Part shown: positions 39,498 through 47,793 of the stretch, in pieces | How the letters are laid out: each line of letters starts with the position of its first letter | Position numbering within the stretch: the stretch's first letter is position 1 | NCBI GenBank assembly: GCA_008501825.1 | Contig: QQUA01000026.1 | Coordinates: 7,824 to 71,823 of the forward strand | Direction: 5' to 3' | DNA: 64,000 bases | Source: Planctomycetota bacterium | GTDB taxonomy: Bacteria > Planctomycetota > UBA1135 | Translations under genes and position numbers: made by a program | Notes under the pieces: model-generated | Database searches by the model: none | The model's input: the letters and a program-made list of their open reading frames with translations, nothing else | Told to the model about the DNA's origin: nothing

Positions 39498-40454
39498 ATG
39501 GAATACAGATCCCTCGGCCGCACCGGCTTGAAAGTTTCCGCCGTCTCCTACGGCTCGTGGCTGACCTTTGGTCGCATGTCGCAAAGCACCGTGCAAACCA
39601 TGGTGGACACGGCCTTGGATCAAGGCATCAATTTCCTCGACACGGCGGATATTTACGACAAGGGTTTGGCCGAAGCTTTATTGGGCAAAGCCCTCGCCGG
39701 CAAGAATCGCCAGCATTTGGTGATCGCCACCAAGGCTTATTGGGCCATGTCCGAAGATCCCAATGACCGCGGCTTGTCTCGAAAGCATTTGTTCGAATCT
39801 TGCGAAGCCAGTTTGCGGCGCCTGGGCACCGATTACTTGGATTTGTATCAATGCCACCGTTACGACACCGAAACTCCGCTGGAAGAAACGGTACGGGCCA
39901 TGGGCGATTTAATCGCCCAAGGGAAAATCCTCTATTGGGGCACCAGTATGTGGAGCGCCGAACAGTTGCGGGAAGCTTGCCGAATCGCCGACGCCCTTCA
40001 GGTTCCCCGACCGGCCAGCGAACAACCGCGTTACAACCTGCTGCACCGGGAAATCGAACAGGAAGTCCTGCCCACTTGCGAGCAATTGGGCATCGGCTTG
40101 ATCGTTTGGTCCCCGCTGGGGCAAGGACTGTTGACCGGGAAGTACAAGCGGCATCAGGAGCCTCCCGAAGGAAGCCGAGGGCAGGACCGGGAAGGGATCG
40201 GCCGATTCTTGGCCGATGACCTCCATGAAGACCGAGCCTTCGATTTGATTGAAGGTTTGGAATCCCTGGCCGAATCGGAGGGCCATTCCATGGTGGAGTT
40301 GGCCCTGGCTTGGTGCTTGAGGCAGAAAGCCCTGTCTTCGGTGATCGTAGGAGCCACCGACCCTTCGCAATTGGCCAACAACGTCCGAGCCGTACAACTC
40401 CCCTGGCAATCGGCTTGGGATGCGCGCTTGGAACAAAGCTGGTCCTCCACCTAG
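39498..40454 (+). CDS. aldo/keto reductase
   Basis: MEYRSLGRTGLKVSAVSYGSW, GINFLDTADIYDKGLAEALLGKAL, LDLYQCHRYD, GKILYWGTSMW. This is the typical AKR (Kv-beta-like) pattern. Confidence 0.9.
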   Translation: MEYRSLGRTGLKVSAVSYGSWLTFGRMSQSTVQTMVDTALDQGINFLDTADIYDKGLAEALLGKALAGKNRQHLVIATKAYWAMSEDPNDRGLSRKHLFESCEASLRRLGTDYLDLYQCHRYDTETPLEETVRAMGDLIAQGKILYWGTSMWSAEQLREACRIADALQVPRPASEQPRYNLLHREIEQEVLPTCEQLGIGLIVWSPLGQGLLTGKYKRHQEPPEGSRGQDREGIGRFLADDLHEDRAFDLIEGLESLAESEGHSMVELALAWCLRQKALSSVIVGATDPSQLANNVRAVQLPWQSAWDARLEQSWSST

Positions 40455-40532
40455 GCCGGAGAAATCCCTGGCGATTTTCATGGCGGCGGCTTGCCGGATT
40501 AAAATGGTCGGCCGTCCATCCCCCCCAATGCC

Positions 40533-41465
40533 ATGAAAGAAAGCGGCCCCCGAGCGAAGCCGAAAACCGGTCCAGGCTACCTGCAGGCCATGGCCCACCG
40601 GGCCCCGTCCAAAGTCACCGTTCCGGTGATTCGAGGGCGCAAGGGAACCGGACGCCGCATCTTGGCTTTGACCGCCTACGACTATCCCTCCGCCCGGTTG
40701 GTGGACGAAGCCGGCTTTGATTTGATCCTGGTCGGCGATTCCATCGCCAACGTGGTGCTGGGCCACGCCTCGACTCTGAAGATCAGCCTGGATCAAATGA
40801 TTAGCGCGACCCGGGCGGTTCGGCGGGCCGTAGATCGTCCTCTGGTGGTCTCGGACATGCCTTACGGCAGCTATCACCTGGGAACCCAGGACACCTTGCA
40901 AAACGCCCTGCGCTTGGTTCGGGAAGGAGGAGCCCAGGCAGTCAAGTTGGAAGGTGGCGGCCCCCGGGTCGAGTTGGTGGAAGCCCTGGTGGAGGCTGAC
41001 ATTCCGGTCATGGCCCATTTGGGCCTGCTGCCTCAGGCGATTCATCCTCGTGGCGGCTACAAATTGGCCGGTCGATCCCGCAAAGAAGCTCGCAAGCTGC
41101 TGCAGGACGCCCTCGATCTGGAAGCCGCCGGCGCCTTTGCCCTGGTCTTGGAAGGAGTTCCCAGTTCGGTGGCGGCGCGCATCTCCCAGCATTTGCAAAT
41201 TCCTACGATTGGCATCGGCGCCGGAGCCGGCTGCGATGGCCAAATCCTGGTTTTCCACGACGTCATCGGCCTTTCCTTCGGACGCAATCCACGCTTCGCC
41301 CGGCGCTACGCCAACGTCACCGACGTGATCCGGGAAGCCCTGGACAATTTGGCCGACGACATCCGCAGTGGCGCCTTTCCCAGTCCCAAAGAAAGCTATC
41401 ACCTCAAAGAAGCTTTGCCCGAAGACTGGGATCTGGGATTGGGGCAAGCAACGGACGAAGGCTAA
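40533..41465 (+). CDS. panB: 3-methyl-2-oxobutanoate hydroxymethyltransferase
   Basis: LTAYDYPSARLVDEAGFDLILVGDSIANVVLGH, AVKLEGG, HLGLLPQ. Alternative ATG at 40590. Confidence 0.9.
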   Translation: MKESGPRAKPKTGPGYLQAMAHRAPSKVTVPVIRGRKGTGRRILALTAYDYPSARLVDEAGFDLILVGDSIANVVLGHASTLKISLDQMISATRAVRRAVDRPLVVSDMPYGSYHLGTQDTLQNALRLVREGGAQAVKLEGGGPRVELVEALVEADIPVMAHLGLLPQAIHPRGGYKLAGRSRKEARKLLQDALDLEAAGAFALVLEGVPSSVAARISQHLQIPTIGIGAGAGCDGQILVFHDVIGLSFGRNPRFARRYANVTDVIREALDNLADDIRSGAFPSPKESYHLKEALPEDWDLGLGQATDEG

Positions 41466-41487
41466 TTCGCCAGCAACGCCAGCAGCC

Positions 41488-42567
41488 TCAAGGCCGCAGC
41501 TTCCAGCCCTGCGAGCTGCAACTCAGGTGCAGCAATTTCGGCTCTCCGAAGAAAGGAGGATCGCCCTTTAGGCCGGAGGCTTCCGAGGCTTGGTGATATC
41601 GATCCAGATATTCCATCGGCCCGGAGTCCGACGCCACGGCGGCGGCGATCATTCCCGCAGCTTCCCAAGCCAAACGTTCCAATGGCAGGACCGGAACCTG
41701 CCCAGGATCGGAAGAAGCGGCTTTTTTCACGCCGGAATTCCACTGCAAGACCATGGGGGCGGTCAACCAAGCTTGGCAGCCATCGGGCCGGGCGGTTTCC
41801 GGCATTTCCAACAACTCCGGCCCCAACCAATCCACCTGGCCCAGCAACCAAGTCCCCTGCCACCCGGGATAGGCTTGCTCCAACAGATCGGCGACGTCCC
41901 GCGCTTGGCCCGGAATGTAAACCAAACCCGGCCGCCATCGATTCACCGACTCGACGATTTCCTGAAAATCTCTTTGCCCACTTCGATAATAAAGAGCGTC
42001 CTCGACCATGCCTCCGAGAGCCGTGAATTCAGCGGCGAAGCTTTGACTATTGGCCAGGGATTCCGGACTTTGTAAATCCGAAACGGTAAACGCCCGCAAC
42101 AAACCGAGGTCCCTTCGGCCCTTGCGGGCAAGAAGCACCGGGGAAGATAACCTAGGTCGCCACAACGCCGCGGCGGGAAAAAAGTTTTCGGATTGGTTGG
42201 GGTATGCCCCCAAACCCCAAAAAGGAAGGGCCGCATTGCGGCAAAAGGCTTGCAGACTTTGACAAGGCGAAAGCAACCACGGGCCAACCACCAGGGTCGA
42301 ATCCTCGAGTTCATGGAGGATAGGAAAGTTTTGAATCAAGCCGTCGACGTCCTGAATCTTCCAATCCAAAGAACTTTGCGGATGAGCTTTCTGCCATTGC
42401 AAAAACCCATGGCGATAGGCCTCACCGCTGGCCTGATACGATCCGGAAAGGGGAAGCCAAATCGATATTTCCGATTTCGGCTTTTGGCAGGCGGTCGATA
42501 CCGCCAGCAGGAGCAGAACACTCCACGTCCGGAACAGGGATCGGCCGTTAAAAGATCCGGATTTCAT
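41488..42567 (-). CDS. periplasmic solute-binding-protein-like lipoprotein (LivK/Peripla_BP_6-like)
   Basis: The ATG at 42567 overlaps the kinase stop (ATGA). Signal peptide with Cys (WSVLLLLAVSTAC). SIWLPLSGSYQASGEAYRHGFLQW resembles the N-terminal PLSG motif of type-I binding proteins. The family call is tentative. Confidence 0.5.
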   Translation of the reverse strand: MKSGSFNGRSLFRTWSVLLLLAVSTACQKPKSEISIWLPLSGSYQASGEAYRHGFLQWQKAHPQSSLDWKIQDVDGLIQNFPILHELEDSTLVVGPWLLSPCQSLQAFCRNAALPFWGLGAYPNQSENFFPAAALWRPRLSSPVLLARKGRRDLGLLRAFTVSDLQSPESLANSQSFAAEFTALGGMVEDALYYRSGQRDFQEIVESVNRWRPGLVYIPGQARDVADLLEQAYPGWQGTWLLGQVDWLGPELLEMPETARPDGCQAWLTAPMVLQWNSGVKKAASSDPGQVPVLPLERLAWEAAGMIAAAVASDSGPMEYLDRYHQASEASGLKGDPPFFGEPKLLHLSCSSQGWKLRP

Positions 42568-44414
42568 CTTCGAGCCAGTAGCTTGGTGGCCAAACTTCGC
42601 ACCTTGTGAGCGGGATCGCTCTCCGAGATGTTTTGCAAACTGACTCGGGCATCCAAGCCGGGTGTCCAAGCTAAAGCCCGGACGGCGTGCAATCGGATTT
42701 CCACATCTTTGGTGTCCACGATTTTTTGTAAGGAAGGAAAGGCAGAAGCGTGGTGCAATTTCCCCAAAGCTTCAATGAAGGCAAAGGCCAACGGCCCGCC
42801 TCCTTCCCCATTTCGAATCGATTCCCGATGGAGAAAATAAGCTTGATGCAACGCACCCACCGCCCAAGGGCCTCCCGACCGTCCCAAGATGACGGCTGCG
42901 TTTTTGGCAATCCAGGGATCCGGATCCAAAAGAAATTCCGACAACCACAAGGTGGCCTGATTGCGATCTTTTTCCGAACTTTGATGCAGCCGGGCTTCCA
43001 AAGTCGCCATCCAATCGATTTTCAATTGCCGCCAAGCCGGCCACAAGGGATGAGTATCCGGCAATTCTTCCTCAGAACGCAATCGAGTCTCCAAACGCGG
43101 CAGAAACTCGGCAAGGCGATCTCTTTGCGGGCTTTGGAGGATCTCCCGAGCCTGCATCCAAAGGCCATGGGCACTTGGACTGCTTTCCATCAGCCATGGT
43201 CGCAAGGCCTCGCGAATTTGCGGATCTCCGGCTTTCTGCGATAGGTGTTCCATCCTTTGCTGCCAGCGGCTTTCCGAAACGACATACCCACCGAGGAAAC
43301 CGGCCAAAACCAAGCCTACGAAGCTGCCTAGCAGCGCCTTTCGTGCTTTGAAAACCCGGTGCCGCCAGGTCATGGCCTGGGGAACCCGGCCGTCCAACAA
43401 TCGGCGTAATTCCTCCGCGAATTCCGCCATGGAGGCATATCGGTTCTTCGGCGAAAAGGCCATGGCCTTGGCCACTACCGCGACGATGCCCGGTGGCAAA
43501 CCGGGACAACGCTGAGCCAAGGATGGCAAACGATGTTGGCGCACGGCGGTCAAGGTTTCGGCCAAGGTGTCCCTTTGAAAGGGCTGGTCGCCGGCCAACA
43601 GTTCGTAAAGACACAAACCCAAAGCGTAGATTTCACTTCGAACGTCGGCCTTGCGACCCTGGGCTTGTTCCGGACTGAGATAGGCCGGCGAACCGACTAA
43701 GTCTCCGGGGCGGGTCAAGACTTGGCTGCTGGCCATCCAAGCTATGCCGAAATCGGTTAAGACCAGGCGTCCTTTCCGATTCAAGATCAAATTATCCGGC
43801 TTGACATCCCGGTGCAGGATGCCGGCTTCATGGACCGCTTGCAAAGCATGGGCGACTTGCAGAAACCAATGCAACAAAGGCCCGTACCAAGTGCCGGCCC
43901 GGGTCAACCATTGCAATTCAGGAAACTGACGGGCTAAAGCCGCCGGCCAAGCGGAAGGCAAAGCCGGAGGTAAGCGCTGCAGGCAATCGATCAAATCAGC
44001 CAAACTTGGACCGGGAAGCAAATCCATGGCCAAATACGCCCGGCCATCGATTTCTCCCACTTCGCGAATGGCCAAAATTCCCGGATCGTCCAAAGCCTTC
44101 AAAGCGGAAGCTTCCCGCCGCATGCGATCCATGGCATGGGACTTTTGTTGCCATCCGGGATGAAGAAGCTTTAACGCCAGCTCTTCGCCGCTTGCTTTTC
44201 GCCGGGCTCGATAGACCACGCCCATGCCGCCTCGTCCCAACTCCGCTTCCAAAACAAAGGGGCCGAATGGAGATCCAGGCGGCGGCAAACTTTGGGCTGG
44301 ATCGGATTCAGTCACCGAATCCTGGCCGTGGCGGCGATATTCTGCGACCGCCTCGGAAAGGGCTCGAAGGCCCTTTTGATTTTGCGGTTCGGTACGCCCT
44401 CGTCCTTGGTCCAC
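42564..44414 (-). CDS. Ser/Thr protein kinase with TM segment and C-terminal HEAT-like repeats
   Basis: Kinase motifs GRGGMGVVY...LALK, LHRDVKPDNLIL, LTDFGIAW, GSPAYLSPEQ. TM segment LLGSFVGLVLAGFLGGYVV. The C-terminus has HEAT-like helices (DPWIAKNAAVILGRSG, VEIRLHAVRALAW, DPAHKVRSLATKLLA). GTG start. Confidence 0.8.
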   Translation of the reverse strand: MDQGRGRTEPQNQKGLRALSEAVAEYRRHGQDSVTESDPAQSLPPPGSPFGPFVLEAELGRGGMGVVYRARRKASGEELALKLLHPGWQQKSHAMDRMRREASALKALDDPGILAIREVGEIDGRAYLAMDLLPGPSLADLIDCLQRLPPALPSAWPAALARQFPELQWLTRAGTWYGPLLHWFLQVAHALQAVHEAGILHRDVKPDNLILNRKGRLVLTDFGIAWMASSQVLTRPGDLVGSPAYLSPEQAQGRKADVRSEIYALGLCLYELLAGDQPFQRDTLAETLTAVRQHRLPSLAQRCPGLPPGIVAVVAKAMAFSPKNRYASMAEFAEELRRLLDGRVPQAMTWRHRVFKARKALLGSFVGLVLAGFLGGYVVSESRWQQRMEHLSQKAGDPQIREALRPWLMESSPSAHGLWMQAREILQSPQRDRLAEFLPRLETRLRSEEELPDTHPLWPAWRQLKIDWMATLEARLHQSSEKDRNQATLWLSEFLLDPDPWIAKNAAVILGRSGGPWAVGALHQAYFLHRESIRNGEGGGPLAFAFIEALGKLHHASAFPSLQKIVDTKDVEIRLHAVRALAWTPGLDARVSLQNISESDPAHKVRSLATKLLARR

Positions 44415-44576
44415 CGTCTAAACCTCAGGAATCGGCAAAAGGTCGGCTCCAGGGAGTCGGCCGGACCCAGGCACCGGGAAAAGAAGTTCGCCGGCGACTG
44501 CGGGAGGGAAAAGGGGGAACCCGCGGCCGCCGACGGATTTTCGACTGTACCACCTTCCCTGGATCCGGCAAGTGTC

Positions 44577-46007
44577 ATGAAGACCTCCACCTCCTTTTCT
44601 TTGTTCCTGGGCGGCCGCCTGGTTCAGGGTCGCGGCGGCTGGCACGACCTCCGCCGGGTCGACGATCAGCAAGCCTTGGGAAGGATCTCCCTGGCCGGCC
44701 CGGAGGACTTCGAGGCCGCTGTAGCCGCCGCCGAAGCTTCCCGCCCGATCCTTGCCCAGGAAGCCGGCCACCAACGGCAGCAACGGTTGCTGGAAATCGC
44801 TTCCGCCCTGGCCGATCGCCGGGAAGCCTTCGAGGACCTACTCATCGCCGAAGCCGGGAAACCTCTACGCCACGCCCGGGCGGAAGTAGAGCGAGCGATC
44901 CGCACCTTCCATGCCGCAGCCGAGGAAAGCGTCCGTATACCAGGTGAATACATGGACTTAGGGATGACCCCCCAAGGTAAAGGCCGGCAGGCTTGGGTCC
45001 GGCCTCACCCCATCGGGGTTTGTGCCTTCATCACCCCGTTCAACTTCCCCCTCAACCTGGTGGCCCACAAGGTGGCCCCGGCTCTGGCGGTGGGTTGCCC
45101 CTGGGTTTTGAAGCCGGCGGAAAAGACCCCTCGAACCGCCCTTCTCCTCGGCGAATTGCTGAGCGAGCTGAGCTGCCCCCTGCCGCCGGGCTCGTGGTCG
45201 ATCTTGCCGGCCTTGCCTGCAGCCACGGCAAGCCTGGTTCGAAACCCAAAAGTCCGTCACCTTTCCTTTACCGGCTCCGCCGCGGTGGGATGGCGCCTCA
45301 AGGGCGAAGCTGCCCACGCCCAGGTGGTATTGGAACTGGGCGGAAACGCCGGAGCCATCGTCGAACCGGATTGGGATCTCGAAACCGCCTTGGACGGCTG
45401 CGCGGTCGCTGCCTTCGCCTACAGCGGCCAGGTTTGCATTTCCTTGCAACGCCTTTGGATTCATCAAAGTCGCTTCGACCAAGCGGTCGAAGGCATGAAA
45501 CGAAGAGCGACCGCCTTGCGCCGGGGTCCTTTGAAGGAGGCCGCCACCGAAATCGGCCCGATGATTGACGAGCAAGCCGCCGCCCGAGTGGAAAGTTGGA
45601 TACAGAAGGCGGTGGATGCCGGAGCGAAGCTTCATTGCGGCGGGCAACGGGAGGGACGCTTCCTGGCCCCGGCGGTCCTGACCGAAGTTCCGGACGAATC
45701 CCCGCTTTGGCGGGAGGAAGTATTCGGTCCGGTGGTTTGCCTGCGGCCCTATCAAGATTTCGGCCAGGCACTGGCGGAATTGAACGACAGCGAATACGGC
45801 CTGCAAGCCTCGGTGTTCAGTCACGACTGGCGGCGCATCGAACAAGCTTGGTCGCAGTTGGAAGTCGGCCAAGTTTTGATCGGTCAAGCGCCGGCCTGGC
45901 GCGTGGACGACATGCCCTACGGTGGGGTCAAGCAATCCGGCACCGGGCGCGAAGGTGTCCGTTACGCCATGGAAGCCATGACCGAACCGAGGTTGCTGGT
46001 CCTGTAG
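44577..46007 (+). CDS. NAD(P)-dependent aldehyde dehydrogenase
   Basis: FNFPLNLVAHKVAPALAVGCPWVLKPAEKTP, ELGGNAGAIV, catalytic Cys in YSGQVCISLQR, C-terminal PYGGVKQSGTGREG. ATG at 44577. Confidence 0.9.
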   Translation: MKTSTSFSLFLGGRLVQGRGGWHDLRRVDDQQALGRISLAGPEDFEAAVAAAEASRPILAQEAGHQRQQRLLEIASALADRREAFEDLLIAEAGKPLRHARAEVERAIRTFHAAAEESVRIPGEYMDLGMTPQGKGRQAWVRPHPIGVCAFITPFNFPLNLVAHKVAPALAVGCPWVLKPAEKTPRTALLLGELLSELSCPLPPGSWSILPALPAATASLVRNPKVRHLSFTGSAAVGWRLKGEAAHAQVVLELGGNAGAIVEPDWDLETALDGCAVAAFAYSGQVCISLQRLWIHQSRFDQAVEGMKRRATALRRGPLKEAATEIGPMIDEQAAARVESWIQKAVDAGAKLHCGGQREGRFLAPAVLTEVPDESPLWREEVFGPVVCLRPYQDFGQALAELNDSEYGLQASVFSHDWRRIEQAWSQLEVGQVLIGQAPAWRVDDMPYGGVKQSGTGREGVRYAMEAMTEPRLLVL

Positions 46008-46014
46008 CTACGTT

Positions 46015-47178
46015 TTAAAACGGGATCTCGTACCCCAAGGAAATCGCCCTGGAACGCTTGCGATCAAAGGGCAATTCGCCCACCGTGTATTTCAGCAACA
46101 CTTGCCCGGGAAAGTGCAAAGCAAGCGAGAGAAAGGACTGGCTGTCCAGATCCAAACGCTCCACTTTCACCGAAGGATCGATCAGACTGAAATGCCGAAA
46201 CGATGCGGAAAGCCGTAAATCTTGTTCGGCAATGCGACCGATGACCGCCACCATCGCCAGTTCGGCCCGCCATCTCTGGTAGCCGCCTTCGTCTCCAAGA
46301 GCGCGAAACCGAGGCGCCCCGGCGCTGGGATCCACCCAATCGAATCCCAATTCCAAACTGGGAATCGCCTGGCCATCGACGTAGAAATCGTCGCCAAGTA
46401 AGAAGCGGGTCAAGGCAAAAGGCCAATCGAAGAAATTCAGCCAAACCAGGTTGGCATCGCGGCCGGCGGCCGGAGCCAAGGTTCCCTGAAGCCCCAAGAC
46501 ATTTTGCCGGAATTCAAAACTCTGATCGGTTTCCCAACCGCCGCGAAAACCGAAATCCAGCCATAGATGCCACCAATCCTCCCCTTCCATGGCGAATCGG
46601 GCCAATTCGCGATCCAATTGACGAAATTCCTGGGTAGCGCGAATCGCGGCCATGGTCCTCAGTTGATAGCGATCGGAAATCTCTGCCCGCCAGTCATTGA
46701 ACTGTTGCCGCAAGATTTGAGTTTGCTCGTTTTCTTCCCGACTCGGTCCGATCCGACCGAAGAAATCCAACGACAATTCCGTCTCCAAGAAATTGCGGGG
46801 GTTGGCTTTGCTGTCGGTGGTTACGGTGCCGCTGCCATGAAATCCAAAGCGCCAGCCAAAAGCGGATCCGACCCCTTGGTCGGGATCCGCCAATAAATCG
46901 CGCCGCCACGAATACTCCAATCCAAGCCCACCTCCCTGCCGAGCTCCATCCAAGACCTGAACCAGTTGCGGATTTAGGTTCAGACCGGAAAGCAAGGATC
47001 GGCCTTCGGTCCAGTCGCGAATCGAACTGGATCGATTCATGTTTCCAAGCACTTTGTCAAACAGTAATTCAAAGGCTTCGGGGGGGTCGCCGGAATCCTC
47101 GGTTGGACTCTGCCCGACCCCTTGAGTGCATAGCAGGGATAGAAATAAGCCAACAAGAAAGTAGGAAGTCTTTTTCAT
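46015..47178 (-). CDS. putative outer-membrane beta-barrel protein (hypothetical)
   Basis: Signal peptide MKKTSYFLVGLFLSLLCTQGVGQ, beta-strand-rich alternating pattern, C-terminal ...SLGYEIPF (terminal Phe typical of OMPs). Confidence 0.55.
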   Translation of the reverse strand: MKKTSYFLVGLFLSLLCTQGVGQSPTEDSGDPPEAFELLFDKVLGNMNRSSSIRDWTEGRSLLSGLNLNPQLVQVLDGARQGGGLGLEYSWRRDLLADPDQGVGSAFGWRFGFHGSGTVTTDSKANPRNFLETELSLDFFGRIGPSREENEQTQILRQQFNDWRAEISDRYQLRTMAAIRATQEFRQLDRELARFAMEGEDWWHLWLDFGFRGGWETDQSFEFRQNVLGLQGTLAPAAGRDANLVWLNFFDWPFALTRFLLGDDFYVDGQAIPSLELGFDWVDPSAGAPRFRALGDEGGYQRWRAELAMVAVIGRIAEQDLRLSASFRHFSLIDPSVKVERLDLDSQSFLSLALHFPGQVLLKYTVGELPFDRKRSRAISLGYEIPF

Positions 47179-47624
47179 AGCCCTTGCTCCCCTCGCATTT
47201 TGTAAATGGAGTCCAAAGCCTTGCCCAAGCCTCCCACGGTATTGCTTCCCACGGTGAGGAATTCGGCCACAAAAGTGATGGCGGAAGCAAAGCCGTGACC
47301 GGGATGATATTTTGCGCCAAGTTGATCGATGAAATAACCGTCAATTTGTCCGGCCAGGGACTTGGCGTTGGTCCGAGTAGCGCTGTCGGAACTTTCATTC
47401 CAATAGCGCAGATTTCTTACCGGATAATCTTCGGCTTCTGAAAAAGTAGTTTGCAACCGCTGCCGGTCCATCATGAAACCGAAGGTGCTGGTATGGGCAG
47501 GGTTGTCCAAACTCCACTGGCCGGCTGCAGAAGCTCGGCGGGAAGACTTCTTTCTTCCAGTTTTCCGGCGAGTGCTGACTTTTTTCCTTTGGCCGGCTTT
47601 GCGACGGGTTTTCTTTCGGGCCAT
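47175..47624 (-). CDS. hypothetical protein with a highly basic N-terminal tail
   Basis: MARKKTRRKAGQRKKVSTRRKTGRKKSSRR followed by a ~110-aa domain of unknown family. Its stop overlaps the start of the OMP gene (ATGA at 47175-47178). Confidence 0.5.
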   Translation of the reverse strand: MARKKTRRKAGQRKKVSTRRKTGRKKSSRRASAAGQWSLDNPAHTSTFGFMMDRQRLQTTFSEAEDYPVRNLRYWNESSDSATRTNAKSLAGQIDGYFIDQLGAKYHPGHGFASAITFVAEFLTVGSNTVGGLGKALDSIYKMRGEQGL

Positions 47625-47793
47625 GAGAATTTCCTGTTCTTTGGTTGGAGGAATTCGAGCTTGCCAATTCCTTTGCCATGGAGAACGGAATTCTTTCTGA
47701 AATCTACCAAGGAAATCGGCCGAGACGGAGAAAACAGGCTTCAGGGACTGTCAACCTAGCCCTTTATGGCGGCAGACCCTATAACCAATAACG

